64,000 nucleotides of DNA, taken from contig NC_087443.1 of assembly GCF_036321535.1 (NCBI RefSeq), positions 55,118,001-55,182,000 on the forward strand, written 5' to 3'. Position numbers and translations under genes: made by a program. The notes under the pieces are model-generated. The model searched no databases and was not told the DNA's origin. It saw only the letters and a program-made list of their open reading frames with translations. Within the stretch, counting starts at the first letter, position 1. Each line of letters starts with the position of its first letter. The stretch comes from Camelus dromedarius. Taxonomy: Eukaryota. Positions 1 through 14,930 of this stretch are shown here, piece after piece.

Positions 1-19
1 AGGTCAAATCCCTGCCCAA

Positions 20-190
20 CAATGATTAGCCGGGTGAATTTTTAATGTCTCCCAAGCTCTCTTTTCTTACTTTCAGATGGGGATAATCAGACCTCTCTCA
101 TAGTGTTATTGACAAGCAAATGAGGTAGGGTATGAAACGTGCCGACCACGGTGTCTGGCACGTGGTAATATTCTAATACTATCAGTATTT
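20..190 (+). mobile_element. MIR SINE fragment
   Basis: MIR core-like ...cagatggggataatcagacc...gtctggcacgtggtaat. Confidence 0.6.
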
Positions 191-342
191 TCAATACTGG
201 AGGACTCAGGGCAGAGAGGAAACACTGTACCAGCAAATAGCTGCCACAACGCGGCAGTAAGACATTGGCAGCAGAGGACATTAGGGGCGGTGACCCTTCT
301 TGTAACACCGTTTGCTAAGGGCTCAGAACTGAAAGCGAGCAA

Positions 343-397
343 ACGCTTTATTGCAGTCGTCTGGAACTGAACCTGCAGTATCTCCGTGATCTACCTG
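343..397 (+). mobile_element. Tigger (Tc1/mariner) terminal fragment
   Basis: cgctttattgcagtcgtctggaactgaacctgcagtatctccgtgatctacctg|ta resembles the Tigger1 3' end with a TA target. Confidence 0.65.
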
Positions 398-805
398 TAC
401 GGTCATGACGCCAAATTAAAGTTTCTAACACTGACGTTCAGTCTCTGTTCTTACCTTGTGGGAACCAGTGACAAACAGTACTGAACTCTGAGTAGCACGG
501 TGTGAATGGCAGAAGAGGTTTTGTTTGATGTGGTCTCTGTATCTGCTTTATTATTGTTGTTGTTTTGTGTTGTTTGCTAGTTGCTTAATGAGCAGGGATT
601 GGAAGTTTAAATCAGAGCTTTCCTTCATATGAGATATAGCCTATATTGACGAACCTGCTTATATGAATTTTGTAAAAGATGCACGTGGTCTTCATCCGAA
701 AGGGTGAGTCACACATCCCCACGCTGTCTTGGGGAAGAGGCATTGGGGTTGGCGGTGCAGGAGTGAATGGCGAGGGGCCTGAATTTGGAAGTTGAGCCTG
801 AGGTT

Positions 806-985
806 TAAACAAAACTCTATTTATAACAACAACAACAATAATATTTATAATATAATATAAACAAAACTCTATTTATTATAATAATAATAATACCCAACCC
901 CCTTCATCACAAGGAACCTAATAATAATAATAATAATTGATAATAATTATAATAATAATAAATATAATAAATTATAATAAATAGT
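806..985. repeat. AAT/AAC low-complexity block with an internal 19-nt direct repeat
   Basis: taaacaaaactctatttat at 806-824 and 858-876; (AAT)n-like runs. Confidence 0.85.
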
Positions 986-1259
986 AAAGTTTCCCTTCAA
1001 AGGGCAGAGATACAGAAAGAACAACATTTACTATGTAACCCTATTAATTCTTTTGTTGTTTTCTTCGAGTCTTGACATAAACAATTTTCAAGAAGTTTAC
1101 CATAAATAATCTATGGAATTACATGGACCTAGAATAGGGAAGCAGCTAGCCATCTTCCCTCAACTTTTAGGAAAAGGTGGTCTCACCCTGACTCATTTCT
1201 CCTCGGGCCTGCTGCGCATCCTGCCATCCAGATGGTCTCGGCTCTGATCTCCAGCCCCC

Positions 1260-2110
1260 ACCTCTCCCAGCACCAGCCTCAGATCCTAACTGTCCACTAG
1301 ATCTTTTCATTTGGTTCCCCAGACGTCCTTTCAATGCAGCATGCCTGAAATAAACTTTAGTTCCACTCCCCTATTCCTTCCCCCAAGGAGACACAACTTC
1401 CTAAATCTTTGTTTCTACCAAAAGTGATACTACTTGACTGTGATAGAGATGCTGAAGTAATATTTGGCTCTGTTCTCCACTTCACCTTTTCTAGGTGAGC
1501 TGATGCCAGCTGTCCATCATCATGGCTCCTTTGCCGTCCTTTCTAGTGCCGTAGGAACTGGATTGGGGTTTAAATCATCTCATATCTGGTCCAGTGCTTC
1601 ATCCTCCTAAGTAGCTCCCCAGCCCTCCCCAACCCATGACTCTCCCTCCAAATCATTGTGGGTACTAGATCAGCCTTTTTAAATAGCACAGCCATGCTAG
1701 CAATATCCTGCTCACAAAAGGCTTCAGTGGCTCCATAATCCCAGAAAATAAGATCCAACTTCTTCAACCAGGCTTCTAAGACCTTCTATAATGTGGCTGA
1801 CCCCACCGACTCAGCCACACCTACAGCTACGTCCCAGCATGAATTCTTCACTCCAGTCTAGGCCATTCTCCTCCTTTTCCTCCATCCTCTGAACCTTTTC
1901 TTTCAGGAGGACCCAAAGTTCTGCCTTCCAGGTACCTTATCCCTCCCATCCATCAAGAAAGACTGGGCACAAATCCCGCTCTTCCACAAAGCCACCTGCC
2001 TCACCCAGCCCACACCAAGTTCTTTTCCCTCTCTGTACACCACTTGCAGGTCTTGTCCATGTCTCATGTCTTGTCATAATATATTGTTAGCATTCTGTTT
2101 CACATAAGAT
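1260..2110 (+). mobile_element. L2 LINE relic
   Basis: degenerate L2 3'-region motifs (gcttctaagaccttc, cttccacaaagcc, etc.). Confidence 0.55.
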
Positions 2111-2491
2111 ACTGATGCCCTTTAACTTCCCTTTTCTTCTTTGGTACCCAACCCCCTCCATCACCACCACAAGGAGCCTAGGTCTGTGAATATAACAGTG
2201 AACCAAAAAGTACCCAATGAATTCAAGAGCCAATCAAGAAAAGGAGAAGGAGAAAGAAGTTAAGTAAGAGAAGTGGGGAAGAAGAAGAGAAAATAATTCT
2301 ATTCTTTTTTTTCTTTTGGATGCCTACATATTCTGTTTACTCTATTTCCCAGATTTGTAGACGATTTGAACTGAGACAGCTTTTAAAATCATCGGTTCCA
2401 ATGATATAATGCTGGCTGTGAAAACTTGTTAAAAATGAGAAATAACATTCTTGACTCAGAAAAGACAGTCAAAAAGGATAAATATCATTCA

Positions 2492-2660
2492 CCAGCTGTG
2501 TGACCTTCAGTATGTCCTTAACCTCTCTGTTCTTCAGTTTCCTCATTTCCTAAGTGTGAATAAGATAACATTTAGTTGAGGAGCTGTGCTAGTATTAAAT
2601 GAGATGATGTATAAAGTACTTGGAGAGTGCTGAAACATGGAAAGTGCTCAGTACTTATTA
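2492..2660 (+). mobile_element. MIR SINE fragment
   Basis: agctgtgtgacctt...cagtttcctcatt...attaaatgagatgatgtataaag. Confidence 0.7.
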
Positions 2661-3189
2661 GGAAAAAGATACAGGGTCTTAACATCACAGAGTTGAGCTT
2701 TGAAAAACATGCAAAGCTCTATTTCCCAAAGGCTGGTCACCACCTATTAATGAGTTGTGAGATCAATTTAGTGGGATGTTATAAGCATATTGACATCTGT
2801 ATCTGTCTCTATTTTGGGTCATGTTATAAAAGGTGTTTCTAACCGTGGGTCACAAGTTTGAAAGATACTGGGTTCAACTCCTCTACAAGTAAAAATGAAA
2901 TGAAGTGGAAAGGCAGAGTGCAAGGTGCTAATACAAGAATGATTTCATGCACCATCTTCTCTGGACCTTGGTTTTCCATTGACACCACAATCTTGCTAAT
3001 GTTTTCTTAATTTTACTTGTGTCTGATATGTAACGTAGACCACTGTTGCTACACTAATTGAAACAGAGAGAATTCCCTCGCATGGAGGACCAAGTTCTTC
3101 ATGCCTAAGGCCAGGTCTACTGTGTGTCTCTTTCCATTATTTGGTGGAATGCTCTGAACACCTCAGGGAAAGAGGAGAGCATCTCATGT

Positions 3190-3370
3190 TTTTAAGTTGA
3201 ATTATAGTGGGTTTACAATATTGTATTACTTTCTGGTGTACAGTATAGTGAGTCAGCTACACACATATATTCCTTTTCATATTCTTTTTCATTATAGTTT
3301 ACCGCAAGCTATTGAATATAGTCCCCTGTGCTGTACAGCAGGACCTTGTTGTTTCTATCTTACATATCAT
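3190..3370 (-). mobile_element. L1 3'-end fragment, 5'-truncated
   Basis: tttttaagttgaattatagtgggtttacaat...gaatatagtcccctgtgctgtacagcaggacc is typical of laurasiatherian L1 3'UTR. Confidence 0.7.
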
Positions 3371-3439
3371 AGTTGGTATCTGCAAGCTTCTCATTTATGC
3401 AAGGCCCTTCAGCTGGTAACTTTGTCTTGCATTCTGCAG

Positions 3440-3614
3440 TGATTCCGTCACCCACATTGTGGCAGAAAACAACTCTGGTTCAGAGATTCTGGAGTGGCTT
3501 CAGGTACAGAACATAAAAGCCAGCTCACAGCTAGAACTCCTCGACGTCTCCTGGCTGATAGAAAGTATGGAAGCGGGAAAACCGGTGGAGATGACAGGGA
3601 AACACCAGCTTGTT
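3440..3614 (+). CDS. DNTT: TdT exon 2 (BRCT domain, second half)
   Basis: ctgcag|T GAT TCC...CTT GTT|gtaagt; 175 nt; DSVTHIVAENNSGSEILEWLQVQNIKASSQLELLDVSWLIESMEAGKPVEMTGKHQLV matches TdT BRCT. Confidence 0.97.
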
Positions 3615-3659
3615 GTAAGTGTCACATTGCGATTTTCACTGCCCTTTGCTTGATGACTG

Positions 3660-3890
3660 AGAACATGGGCTACAGAATCAAGGCACCTAGGTTACACCCC
3701 GGGTTCTCTGCTTACTCCCTGTGTCACCTTGGGCAACCCTTAGCTTTTCTGAACTTCAGTTTCTTCCCCTATATTATGAGAGCAATAGTGCCTGCCTATC
3801 TCTTAAGATGGATATAAGGATTAGAATAAAATACATGTGATGTGCTTAAGGCAGAGCCTGATCTATATATGCACTTAATAAATGGTAGCT
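3660..3890 (+). mobile_element. MIR SINE fragment
   Basis: gtgtcaccttgggcaacc...cagtttctt...cacttaataaatggtagct. Confidence 0.7.
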
Positions 3891-4319
3891 ATTTTATGAA
3901 CAAATCTATACACAAACATTTCAAAATACTGAAGTCTTGGTGTTCTAACAGCCAGAAAAGTAGAAGGTTCCTATTTTTTCTTACTGTGATCATTCACAAA
4001 CGAAAAAATAAAGTTTAGCTCTTAATTCCAAATCCTTCACCAATGAACCATAACTGTGTAACTTCACTGAAAAGGAAAATGATGGTTTAATTGGTGGTTC
4101 TTTTTCATGTCATTTTTTTCTGATGGCAAAATAATACATGTTAATCCATTGCAAATTCAACTATTAGAGATGTATATAACATAACATTTGAGTCTTCTAT
4201 AATTTTATTCTCTTTCCAAAGACAATTGCCATCAAGCTGCCTCTAATTTTTTCTTCATACACATCTATTATTATTACTATTAATTGTTACTAAAAATGGA
4301 TGCTTCTGTGTTTCTTTAG

Positions 4320-4472
<153 letters not shown>

Positions 4473-5646
4473 TAGAGCAAACGAAGGGCCCGTAGCTTCT
4501 TCCCATGGATCTCCAAATCAAATTATGAATTTTCCTGAAAATCTTGGAAAGTTTTTCCCATTCTTATCTGTTCCTCTAACCAGATCTCTGGTTCCTCCTT
4601 CTGTCATGGAAATAGACAAATATATTTGGAGCATATTCTTTAGAGACAGTAGGTTACTATTTATTGGGAGTTGTCACACAACATTTGTCAAAGGCAAATG
4701 TTCTCAAAAACCAAATATGGACTGTAATTAGTCCACCACGAAGTAAGAGCAGATCACGCAGAAAGAGCAACTGTGCATAAACAGCCCTGGTGCATAAACA
4801 CCAGAAGATGGAGAGGCAGCAGACTGGATTCAGCCTTACTGATATTAACCGGCTTGGGCAAGTCAATTCCTCTCACCCAGCCTCAGTTTCCTCGTCTGCC
4901 CAGTAAGAAATTAGCTAGATCATCTCTAAAGCCCCATTCAGCACTGAAGGTTAATAATTATATTTCAAATGACCCTAACAAGCCCACAGCTGCTTGTCCT
5001 GCAGAAGAGAGTCGGGCGGGTAAAACATGCAGTAGTATGTCAAATACACGACTTCTCCTTTCTAGATTTCTAGCCCCACGTGTGCAAGGAAGACCAGGAA
5101 ATTGCAGCCACTGGGCATGACGTGCATGAGGCCACACGGCTGCAGCAACTTCCTCCTCTGCCAGAAATGCAAGCATGCCCTACCTTAAATAACCCCCTCC
5201 CTTCAGGACCCCAGGCTGTGGGCTTGTGCCACCTATGACTGTACCCATCCGTTCAACAAGCTCATGTTAAGTGCTGACTGTGTTTCACATACAAGTTAAG
5301 AGATGGGTTCTCCCAATGATCAAGGCAGAATCCTCGCCTCAGGCTGGTGGGAAAGTCAGCAAAGAGGGAAGGATGGTGCTGAGTAATGACTAGGAGGATG
5401 CAGTGAGCATGAAATCATTTTTAAATTAAATCACTCCTGAATATCTAATGGCAGCAAACTGAGAGTTTCCTTACAAAGCACTCTGTGGCCTGTCTTTTCA
5501 ATTCAACTCCACTGGTCCAGCAAGAGAGGGGCACAAAGGTACAGGAGACCCAGTCCTGATCTTCGAGGAAACAGGACACGTTCCAATACTTAATGGAGAG
5601 CAGGAGGCATTTGTGAGTGACTGCTGGCTCAGGGGCTGGGAAATAG

Positions 5647-6135
<489 letters not shown>

Positions 6136-6798
6136 TGACCTAAAAGCTCAGCAGCAAGGGATGGTATGACTTCGAACATAGGCTGTGGGAAGAGCCTCAG
6201 TTCCTTTCAGGGGACATTGCCCTCCAGAATGGCAGTGGGTGTGATGGGTGATGGAGCTGATTCTGCATCTCTACCTGTGTGTTCTAAGAAGAGAACCAAA
6301 GATGGGTGCTTATTTACTTAATGATGTTTAAGGATTCCCCAGCAAGGCAAGTTGGTCGTCCAAGAGTAAGTTTCAGTAGAGTCAAGTGCAAGGTAACTTA
6401 CTCAAGGGAGAATAATCTCAACTTTATTTAGAGGAGGTGGGCGCTAGACAGCATAAGGGCTTGAACTTGGATTAGCTTTTCAGTGGGTCCAAAATTAACC
6501 TGTTCAGATGAAAAGTCCTCTTGTTTCTGCTAGTTCATATCCATTGAAAAGAAAATTATCACAAATATTTAGACATACTTCTGTCAGTGCATATTTTGGC
6601 TTAGTGTTCTGTGGATTTGGACCCTAATCATTCTCTCCCTTCCTCCCTGATGATTGTAAAGGAGTACTGGGATTCTCAGGATTACAGGAAATGTCTCATT
6701 TTCTCTAGAGCAGCTAAGGAAACAGCCTGCTTGCAACAGGTGTATTTCATGGAAAATCAAGCTCCTAGATCTGGGGATTTGAAAATCTCCGATTGTGA

Positions 6799-6957
<159 letters not shown>

Positions 6958-6974
6958 TAGTCCCATTACTTATC

Positions 6975-7106
6975 NNNNNNNNNNNNNNNNNNNNNNNNNN
7001 NNNNNNNNNNNNNNNNNNNNNNNNNNNNNNNNNNNNNNNNNNNNNNNNNNNNNNNNNNNNNNNNNNNNNNNNNNNNNNNNNNNNNNNNNNNNNNNNNNNN
7101 NNNNNN
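6975..7106. other. Assembly gap (132 N)
   Basis: run of n. Confidence 0.99.
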
Positions 7107-7353
7107 CTGGTTAGGGCTCTCTTTCTAATTTGCAGACCACCTCCTTCTCAATGTCCCTCACATGACAGAGAGAGAGAGAGCAAACTCTGGTGTCTTGCCT
7201 TATAAAGTCACTAATCCCACCATGAGGGCCACACCCTCATGACCTCATCTAAACCTAATTATCTCCCCCAAACCCCATCTTCAGATACCATCACCTTGGA
7301 GGTTAGGATTTCATCATAGGAATTTGGGAGGTGGGGCACAACTCAGTCCATAG
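7107..7353. mobile_element. MaLR LTR (MLT1-like) fragment
   Basis: cactaatcccaccatgagggccacaccctcatgacctcatctaaacctaattatctccccc...tcagtccatagca. Confidence 0.75.
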
Positions 7354-8083
7354 CAGTGGTCTAGGAAGCAGAGGCCTAAATAAATATGGGTACTCGAGAC
7401 TATTGCCATGCTGTGGTGAGATATAAATGATCTTACTTCCCAGGAGTCACTCCTGGGTATAAATAGCATGGAACCACTAGGACTGTGGGATGAAACAAAC
7501 CTGCTCTGGGAAGAGCAAACCTGTGCTGGAAAGATCCTCACTGCACCCTTTTCTACTTTGAAGCAGGATATGTTACCTCCCAATGTTCCCTACCTCAGAG
7601 TTGCAGGCAGCAGAGATTTCTACCAGTCCTTTTGGTTCAGGAGTGATGCTCAGGTCTAAAAGATGATGGGGGTGCAGAAGCCCAGGCTTGGAGTGCAGTT
7701 GCAGGCAGACTGGGTTGAGTCTGGGCCCTGCGACTTACCAGTTGTGTGATGATGAAGAATTTATGCAACCCACATGTGCATCCCTCTTTAAATTGTGAGA
7801 GTGAATGTGTATGAATATGTGTGTGTGAGAGACCCTTGGCAAGGAGGGTGTTGGGTGGGGATACCTGATGTCACGAATTATCAGTGCAGGCAGTCCTTAT
7901 TGGTTATATGGAAGCCCTGGGCAGTGCCAGAAGCTGACTCCTCACTTCTGTTTCATTTAGTAATATCACATGTCAGGACAGGACCCTCCTGAAATACACA
8001 TGCTTCTGAAAAAATACCATCACCTACCTGCTTGTCATATTCAGGAGAAACTAGGTCAGAGATTTGTTTACACTTTTTCTTAA

Positions 8084-8434
<351 letters not shown>

Positions 8435-10578
8435 TAGAATCAGACCTGGATCCAAATCCTGGGTCCAGCTGTGTGATCTTGATCATGTTAAAATCTTCGA
8501 GCCCTATCTGTAACAGGGAGGTAACATTGGCACATAAGAGGGGACAAGATCGAATCTCGCAGCCAAAGCTCTCAGCCTAGCACAGACCAAATATACACTG
8601 CGTGGCAGCCACTGTCATTCCTTTATCCAGATGTCAAACGCAGTTGCACCATTGATCTAGTTCTTACTGAACTGACACTTCTAGACATCTGTGTCTTGGC
8701 TGGGTGAGAAGCGTAGGTGAGGAATCCAGGAGAGAAATTTGACATTGACGATTGGGGAGTAAAGAATATTTGACCAAACTAGAGTTGTTGCTTGGCACAT
8801 ATATGAATCTGCTTTTGAAATTGTAAAACACCAGGACATAGAAGGCAAACAGTGGAAATCTAGACACGGGGTTTATCTACCCCACCAGGACTCGTCAACC
8901 TAAAACAGGAGAGCGTAGAGTTGGGCATCTGAAAGCCTGATGGGGCCTCCTGGGGTGGAAGGGAGCTTGGCCACTTCCATTCATGGAGGGTCCTGGTAAA
9001 TTTTTTTTTAATGAAGAAATGCAAAAAAAAAAAAAAAGGTCAAAAATAGGACAGGTTTTAAACATTTATTTTTAATCTGTAATAGAAATACAGTATAACT
9101 GGGATTGGAAAGGAAGTCACAGTCACAGTTCTGAGTACTGTGGCTTCTGAGTTACAAAGAATGATGAAGTCATCAACATTTTTAATGATATGAAAGTAAG
9201 GGAATCTTCTACAAAAGGAGACAGCTCTCTTCTGTTTAAAAGAAACAAGCAAGGGGAGTGGAAGAAAGCAGTTCTTGGTGGTTCACATCAACACTACCAT
9301 GGAAGACCCCTATTCATCTTTCATAAAGCTGCTAACCTCTGCAAGATTGCTAATAAGCTTTATAAGATACCACCTGGTGACTAAAAGAGCCTAAGACAAA
9401 AAGGACCCATACTCATGTTCTGGGCGCCTTAAAGTGCACATGTAACAAGCATGATGTACACCAGCTCTAGAGATGCCATTAAAATTTTTATGTAAGTATT
9501 AAACATGGCTCACAAGGATAGCAAGGACTCTCAACACATAGAGAAAGTGGGAGGCAATGCAGTGTTTCCCTTGGATGAAAACCCGTATAGAGTGACACAA
9601 GTGCTCTTAGGATCCGAGTATCTCCCAATTCCCCAGCTTTGTAAACTGGATTTTTCCCTCCCTATTGGGCTCTTCCAGCTTGGTGAATGAAGCAGTTATT
9701 ACTTACTTAATCCATCAGTGATGGCCGTCTGACTGTTTAATGCTCTTGTTTTATGTAGAAGTCAAGGAATGCCTTCCTATCATACTTAAAGCTTAAAAGC
9801 CCTGGCTTTATGTATCCCTGGCAGCAGCACTGCAACGCGTGGGCTTGTCAATATTAGAATATCGCCAAGCGTAAGCTAATTGAAGACGCTCAAATTACCA
9901 TCCACAGGTCAGGTGGAAAACCTGATTCAGTTTTACTTAAAACTAAAACCCTTGGTTTTAATTCCCTGAGGCTTGAGTATTCACGTGCCACATCGGTGTC
10001 TGAAATACCAGAGCACACATACAACACTGTACAGTGTAATAAGTTTCTTGTAATACGTTAACCTCCCGCCATACCGAAAAGGAAAGCCAATTAAGTTGCC
10101 TTCATGGGTGTCAACAAATTATTATAGTATCTCCATGTTCATTCCTGATATCTGCATATTTCCTTAAAGAAATTGTTAATCATGACTTTTGATTTACATT
10201 ACATCCTGCATAAGCACAGGAGTTTTAAGGTTACCAAGTGAGTTGTACTTCGAATATCAGTCAGGATGAAAATTTTTATATCAAAAAAGAGCCAAATTGG
10301 GCATTGCTTTTTTTTTTCACATTAATACATTATATGTTTAATTTTATTAAACTGATTTTTTTTAATGGCATGAGAACACTTGACACAAGATCTACCCTTT
10401 TAGCAATTTTCCCCCAACTGGTATCACTATTTATTTATCCATTTCCTGTTGATAGAACTTAGAGTTATTTCCAGTTTCTGGCTCTGAATATTTTTGTACC
10501 TGGGGATATATGTTCTCATTTCTCTTGTGCATATACTTAGGAGTGAAATTGCTGGGTCAGAGGATAAATAGCTATTGA

Positions 10579-10932
<354 letters not shown>

Positions 10933-11149
10933 TAAATGATGATGAAGGCTGCTTTTGCCTCCCCTGCTCTAACACCTCAGTAGCTCCCCATGTTCAGAGG
11001 TTTTGGCATGAAAGGCTTCAGTGATCTGATCTCTCTGGAGCCTCATCTGCACTTTGTGCTTCTCTCCCGCAACCGCAAGTGGCTTGTCATTCTCTGCACA
11101 CGGAGCTCTTTCCTGCCTCTGCGACTTTGCTCAGTCCTACCTTTCTGCT

Positions 11150-11440
11150 TGGACTGGCTTTCCTCAACTTGGCACCTGGCTCCCTACTCCTCATTCATGA
11201 AGATTCAATTCAGATGCCACTTCCTCCAGAAAGCCTTCCTTGACTCCTCTTCCCCATGCTGGGCGAGGCACCCTTCCTCAGTGCTCCCTGGACAGCTGCC
11301 AGTAATGTGTTTGTATTGTTTGTATGCGTGCTTTCCCCATTAACTTTTTAGAGCTGAGTGCTTGGTGAGGACCTGTGCGTGGCGTCTGACGCAAAGTTGG
11401 CACTTGAGAAATATTGTTTGAATGAATAAATGAATGAATG
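11150..11440 (+). mobile_element. L2 3' end
   Basis: agatgccacttcctccagaaagccttcc...aaatattgtttgaatgaataaatgaatgaatg tail. Confidence 0.7.
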
Positions 11441-11928
11441 AACTCTTCACAGGGATGTGTGCAATTGTTGGATATTGAAGCCTCCATTTCGGAAAGAAGG
11501 CTCCTTCCCTCCCACCTGCTTCTCCAACCCTCCCTCTTACATAGTGGCTGTTGGCTGTAGGAGGTGACGGAGAAAGTGGGAAGAGAAGATCAAATCCAAG
11601 AAAATGTCCTTAATCTATGTCAATTCCAAGAGCCCTGCGCCCTATCTCGTATTATGTGAATACAGTTCTTGGTTTGCTTGTTGTCACACTTGTTTCTGTG
11701 TGTGGGGGTGTGTGCATGTGTGGGTGTGGAGGATAAATAATCTTTGTCTTTTTTTTACCAACATGCACATGATCATATATATAAGATGTGTGATTTTTAA
11801 GTTTTTCTGTGTCATAAATTTATTTGACAAAGAATAGAATTGTATAACCAAGGATATTTGGTTTAATGCCATGAGCATTTTGTGTTGCAGACCTTAAGCA
11901 TGAGGCAGAGAAACACAGGTGACTTTAA

Positions 11929-12150
<222 letters not shown>

Positions 12151-14749
12151 TGACTTTGGCACATGATTTACCTCGTGCTTGTGTAATGACCATCTACTCC
12201 ATTCTCAGTTGTGTGCAACAGCTTACACAGTGCCAGTGACATGCAGTGGGACTTACCTGCCTTGGGTCCTAGAGTCCACGTTATGGTCTTGTTTATACAC
12301 CCTTGTCCTATTACCAAAGGGACTGAGAACAGCTGTGTCTCTGTGTTGGCCATGCAGAGGCATCAGATCCCTAAACAAAATGAGAGCATGTGCTGCGAAG
12401 ACTGGGAGGAGGCAGCCAGGGCAGCGCAAGCTTAGGGATGGGGCAGGGCCTCTAAGACTGGGATAAAGTCGGTATAAGACATGTCACTGCTGCCTTGAAC
12501 TCTACGCTGGTCAATAACCACCTGAGATGGGAAGAAGGAAGCTAATGAGGGCAAGTTGGGCCCAACAGAGGTCATGGATCAGGGACCACACCCACTGAAG
12601 TCAGACTTGCCACAGGCCAGCTACTGCCCAGTGGAGGAAGCTAAGGATGACCCTGCGGCCAGAATCACCTGCAGGGCCCTGACCCCTGCCTGACCCCACA
12701 GAGAGCACCACCTCTCCAAGACCAGAGGGCCCCTCCCCCGGGGCCTCCAGGCCTGGGTGGGGTAAGGAGGCTGGAGCTGGTGTTTTTCTGGTACAGCTTC
12801 ATCTTTCCTGAGTGATTTAGCATCTGCTGGGTGTGGACCAAGCTCCAGACAGGCCAGAGAGAGAAGCCCTCAGATCCAGCGGGAAGAGGAAATGCACAAC
12901 CCTGGTGCCAGGAACACTGGAAGTGAAGACCCAACTTTGAGACCAGATCTAAATTCACCTGAGAGGCCCCCTCTGTCTCTCTCAGGAGAGTGGACCCAGG
13001 TGGCCAGCAGCTCTGAGAGTGAACATCATAGCTAGGCCAGGGGAAGGCAGCTGCACCCAGGCTGCCCCCACGGCTCGCTCGAGCAGGAAAGCCGAAAGCT
13101 CCTCGTGGACAGACAGCAGACTGATGGGGCCTGCCCGCCACTGCTGGGGTGGAGGGGGGCTGCCCAGTCCCCCCACCCAGGGGCTCCGGCTAGGGTGGAC
13201 CTATTTGGCCTGGGTTTATAGGCACCACCTTCCACATGCTCTGAGATTGTTCCAGCCCAAAGTGGGATGGGATTGCGAGATGGTGACAAGGAGCCTTCTT
13301 TCCATCGGTCCTTCTTCAGTTGCAAGGCTGCCATCCTGCTGGTCCTCAAGCAGAGGAGCAAGGCCAGGCACGGGTGGAGGCGGACATTAAGCACGTCGGT
13401 TTTAGATTTGGGATTTTAAAAGCAAAACCCTGCCATTTGCTGGCTGCATGACCTGGGACTCTTTCCTCAGTCTTTCCAAGCTTCTCTTTCTTCATCTGTA
13501 AAACAGGGATAGCAAAACTCTCTCATCTCGTAAAGGAGAGGATTAACTGAGGGCATTAGATAAAGCACTTGGCACAGCGCCTGATAAATGGTAAATGCCT
13601 ATTAAGCGGTGGCTTTGTCATGATCTCACCTGCACAACTGTATACTGAACTCGGCTGGAGGGCCAGGCCCTGTGCCAGGCGAGGCAACCCAGGAGAGAAC
13701 ACAAGCGGCTGCTCCCCTTGGCTCACTGGCAAACAGGACCTCTGGGAGGAGACGCTGTGGGGCTGCGGGTGTCCCAGCTCTGCCCACACCCCTGCAGCCC
13801 CACGCCTGCTCCCGACACCTCAGTTATGAATCATGTTTAACCTCCACCTCTCCCTCACTCCTGCCTTTTTTTTTTAACCCAAATCTGCACTTTTCAGGTT
13901 GAAAAGATTGTATCCCATGCAGCCACACACGAGCACACATTCACATGACCCACACCCATATACACATTCAAGGTTTTAAAACACCTGCAGAACATAATGA
14001 ACAGCCAATAGGTATGAGTTTGAGCCGCCCATGAGATGAATCTACGTGCTGTCCTTGTAGAAGGCCTCTTGGTCAGGGGAGGGGAGAAAGGGAAGAAAAG
14101 AGCTTGGAAATACTGATCTTTGTGGGGGAAGGGGGTGGGGGGAGCCATCCGGAAGACTCCCCTGGCCTGACTTCTCACTGGCCACCAGCAGTTCAACCCA
14201 AATCAGGCAGGGCTGACTGAGCTGCTCTGGGTTCATGCCCACAGGTGGACCCATCTGTCTGTTACCAGCCAAGTGTCACCACCATGTGGCAGTAGTGCAA
14301 ACACAGGTTACAACTTTTAGGAAGCCAGCTTTGTGAACTTTTTTTTAAGGGGGTGGGGTTGTTATGATAGATTTGGCTTCAAAGTGAGACTTGGTAATAT
14401 TTTAATAGCTCGCTTTTCAAGTTTACATAATTCAAATTGACATGAAAGGCTGCTATGCTGACTAACCTTACTAAGTTTCATTAAAAAGCAGAATGGTGTC
14501 TTCCCCGAGCGGGTTATTAGATTTGTCTACGGAGATACTTGCCTCCTCCACCAGAGGCTCTTCCTGACTCAGTGGTGTCAGATGGTGTCAGTTCTTCCTC
14601 ATCCCTTTTCTGGGGAGGCACTGAAGATCAGCAAAAGAAAAAGCATTCCCTCCTCAAAGTGCTGAGCTGAACTGAAACAAGGACTCTTGGTGGGGGCGGC
14701 GTGGATCGCAGAAGAAACGCAAAGCATTTTTGATAACAATAATAAACGG

Positions 14750-14930
14750 AACCAGTGATGCTCCCAGTGTGGTCCCTGGATCAGAAGCAACAGCACCACC
14801 TGGGAATTTTTTAGAAATGCAAACATAGGCCCCTCCTCCCCCACAGCAAATGAATCACTCTGGGTCAGGGCCTCCCAAACTGCTTTAACAAACCTTCCAA
14901 ACGCTTCTGATAATATTTGAGAACTTCTGA
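14750..14930. mobile_element. MER5-type hAT-Charlie DNA transposon relic
   Basis: ccagtgatgctcccagtgtggtccctggatcag...cacctgggaatt...ttaacaaacc...ttgagaac. Confidence 0.65.

Noticed and set aside
2341-2430. Good acceptor tctatttcccag in DNTT intron 1 as a possible extra exon
   Set aside because: In-frame TGA within 7 codons and no convincing donor
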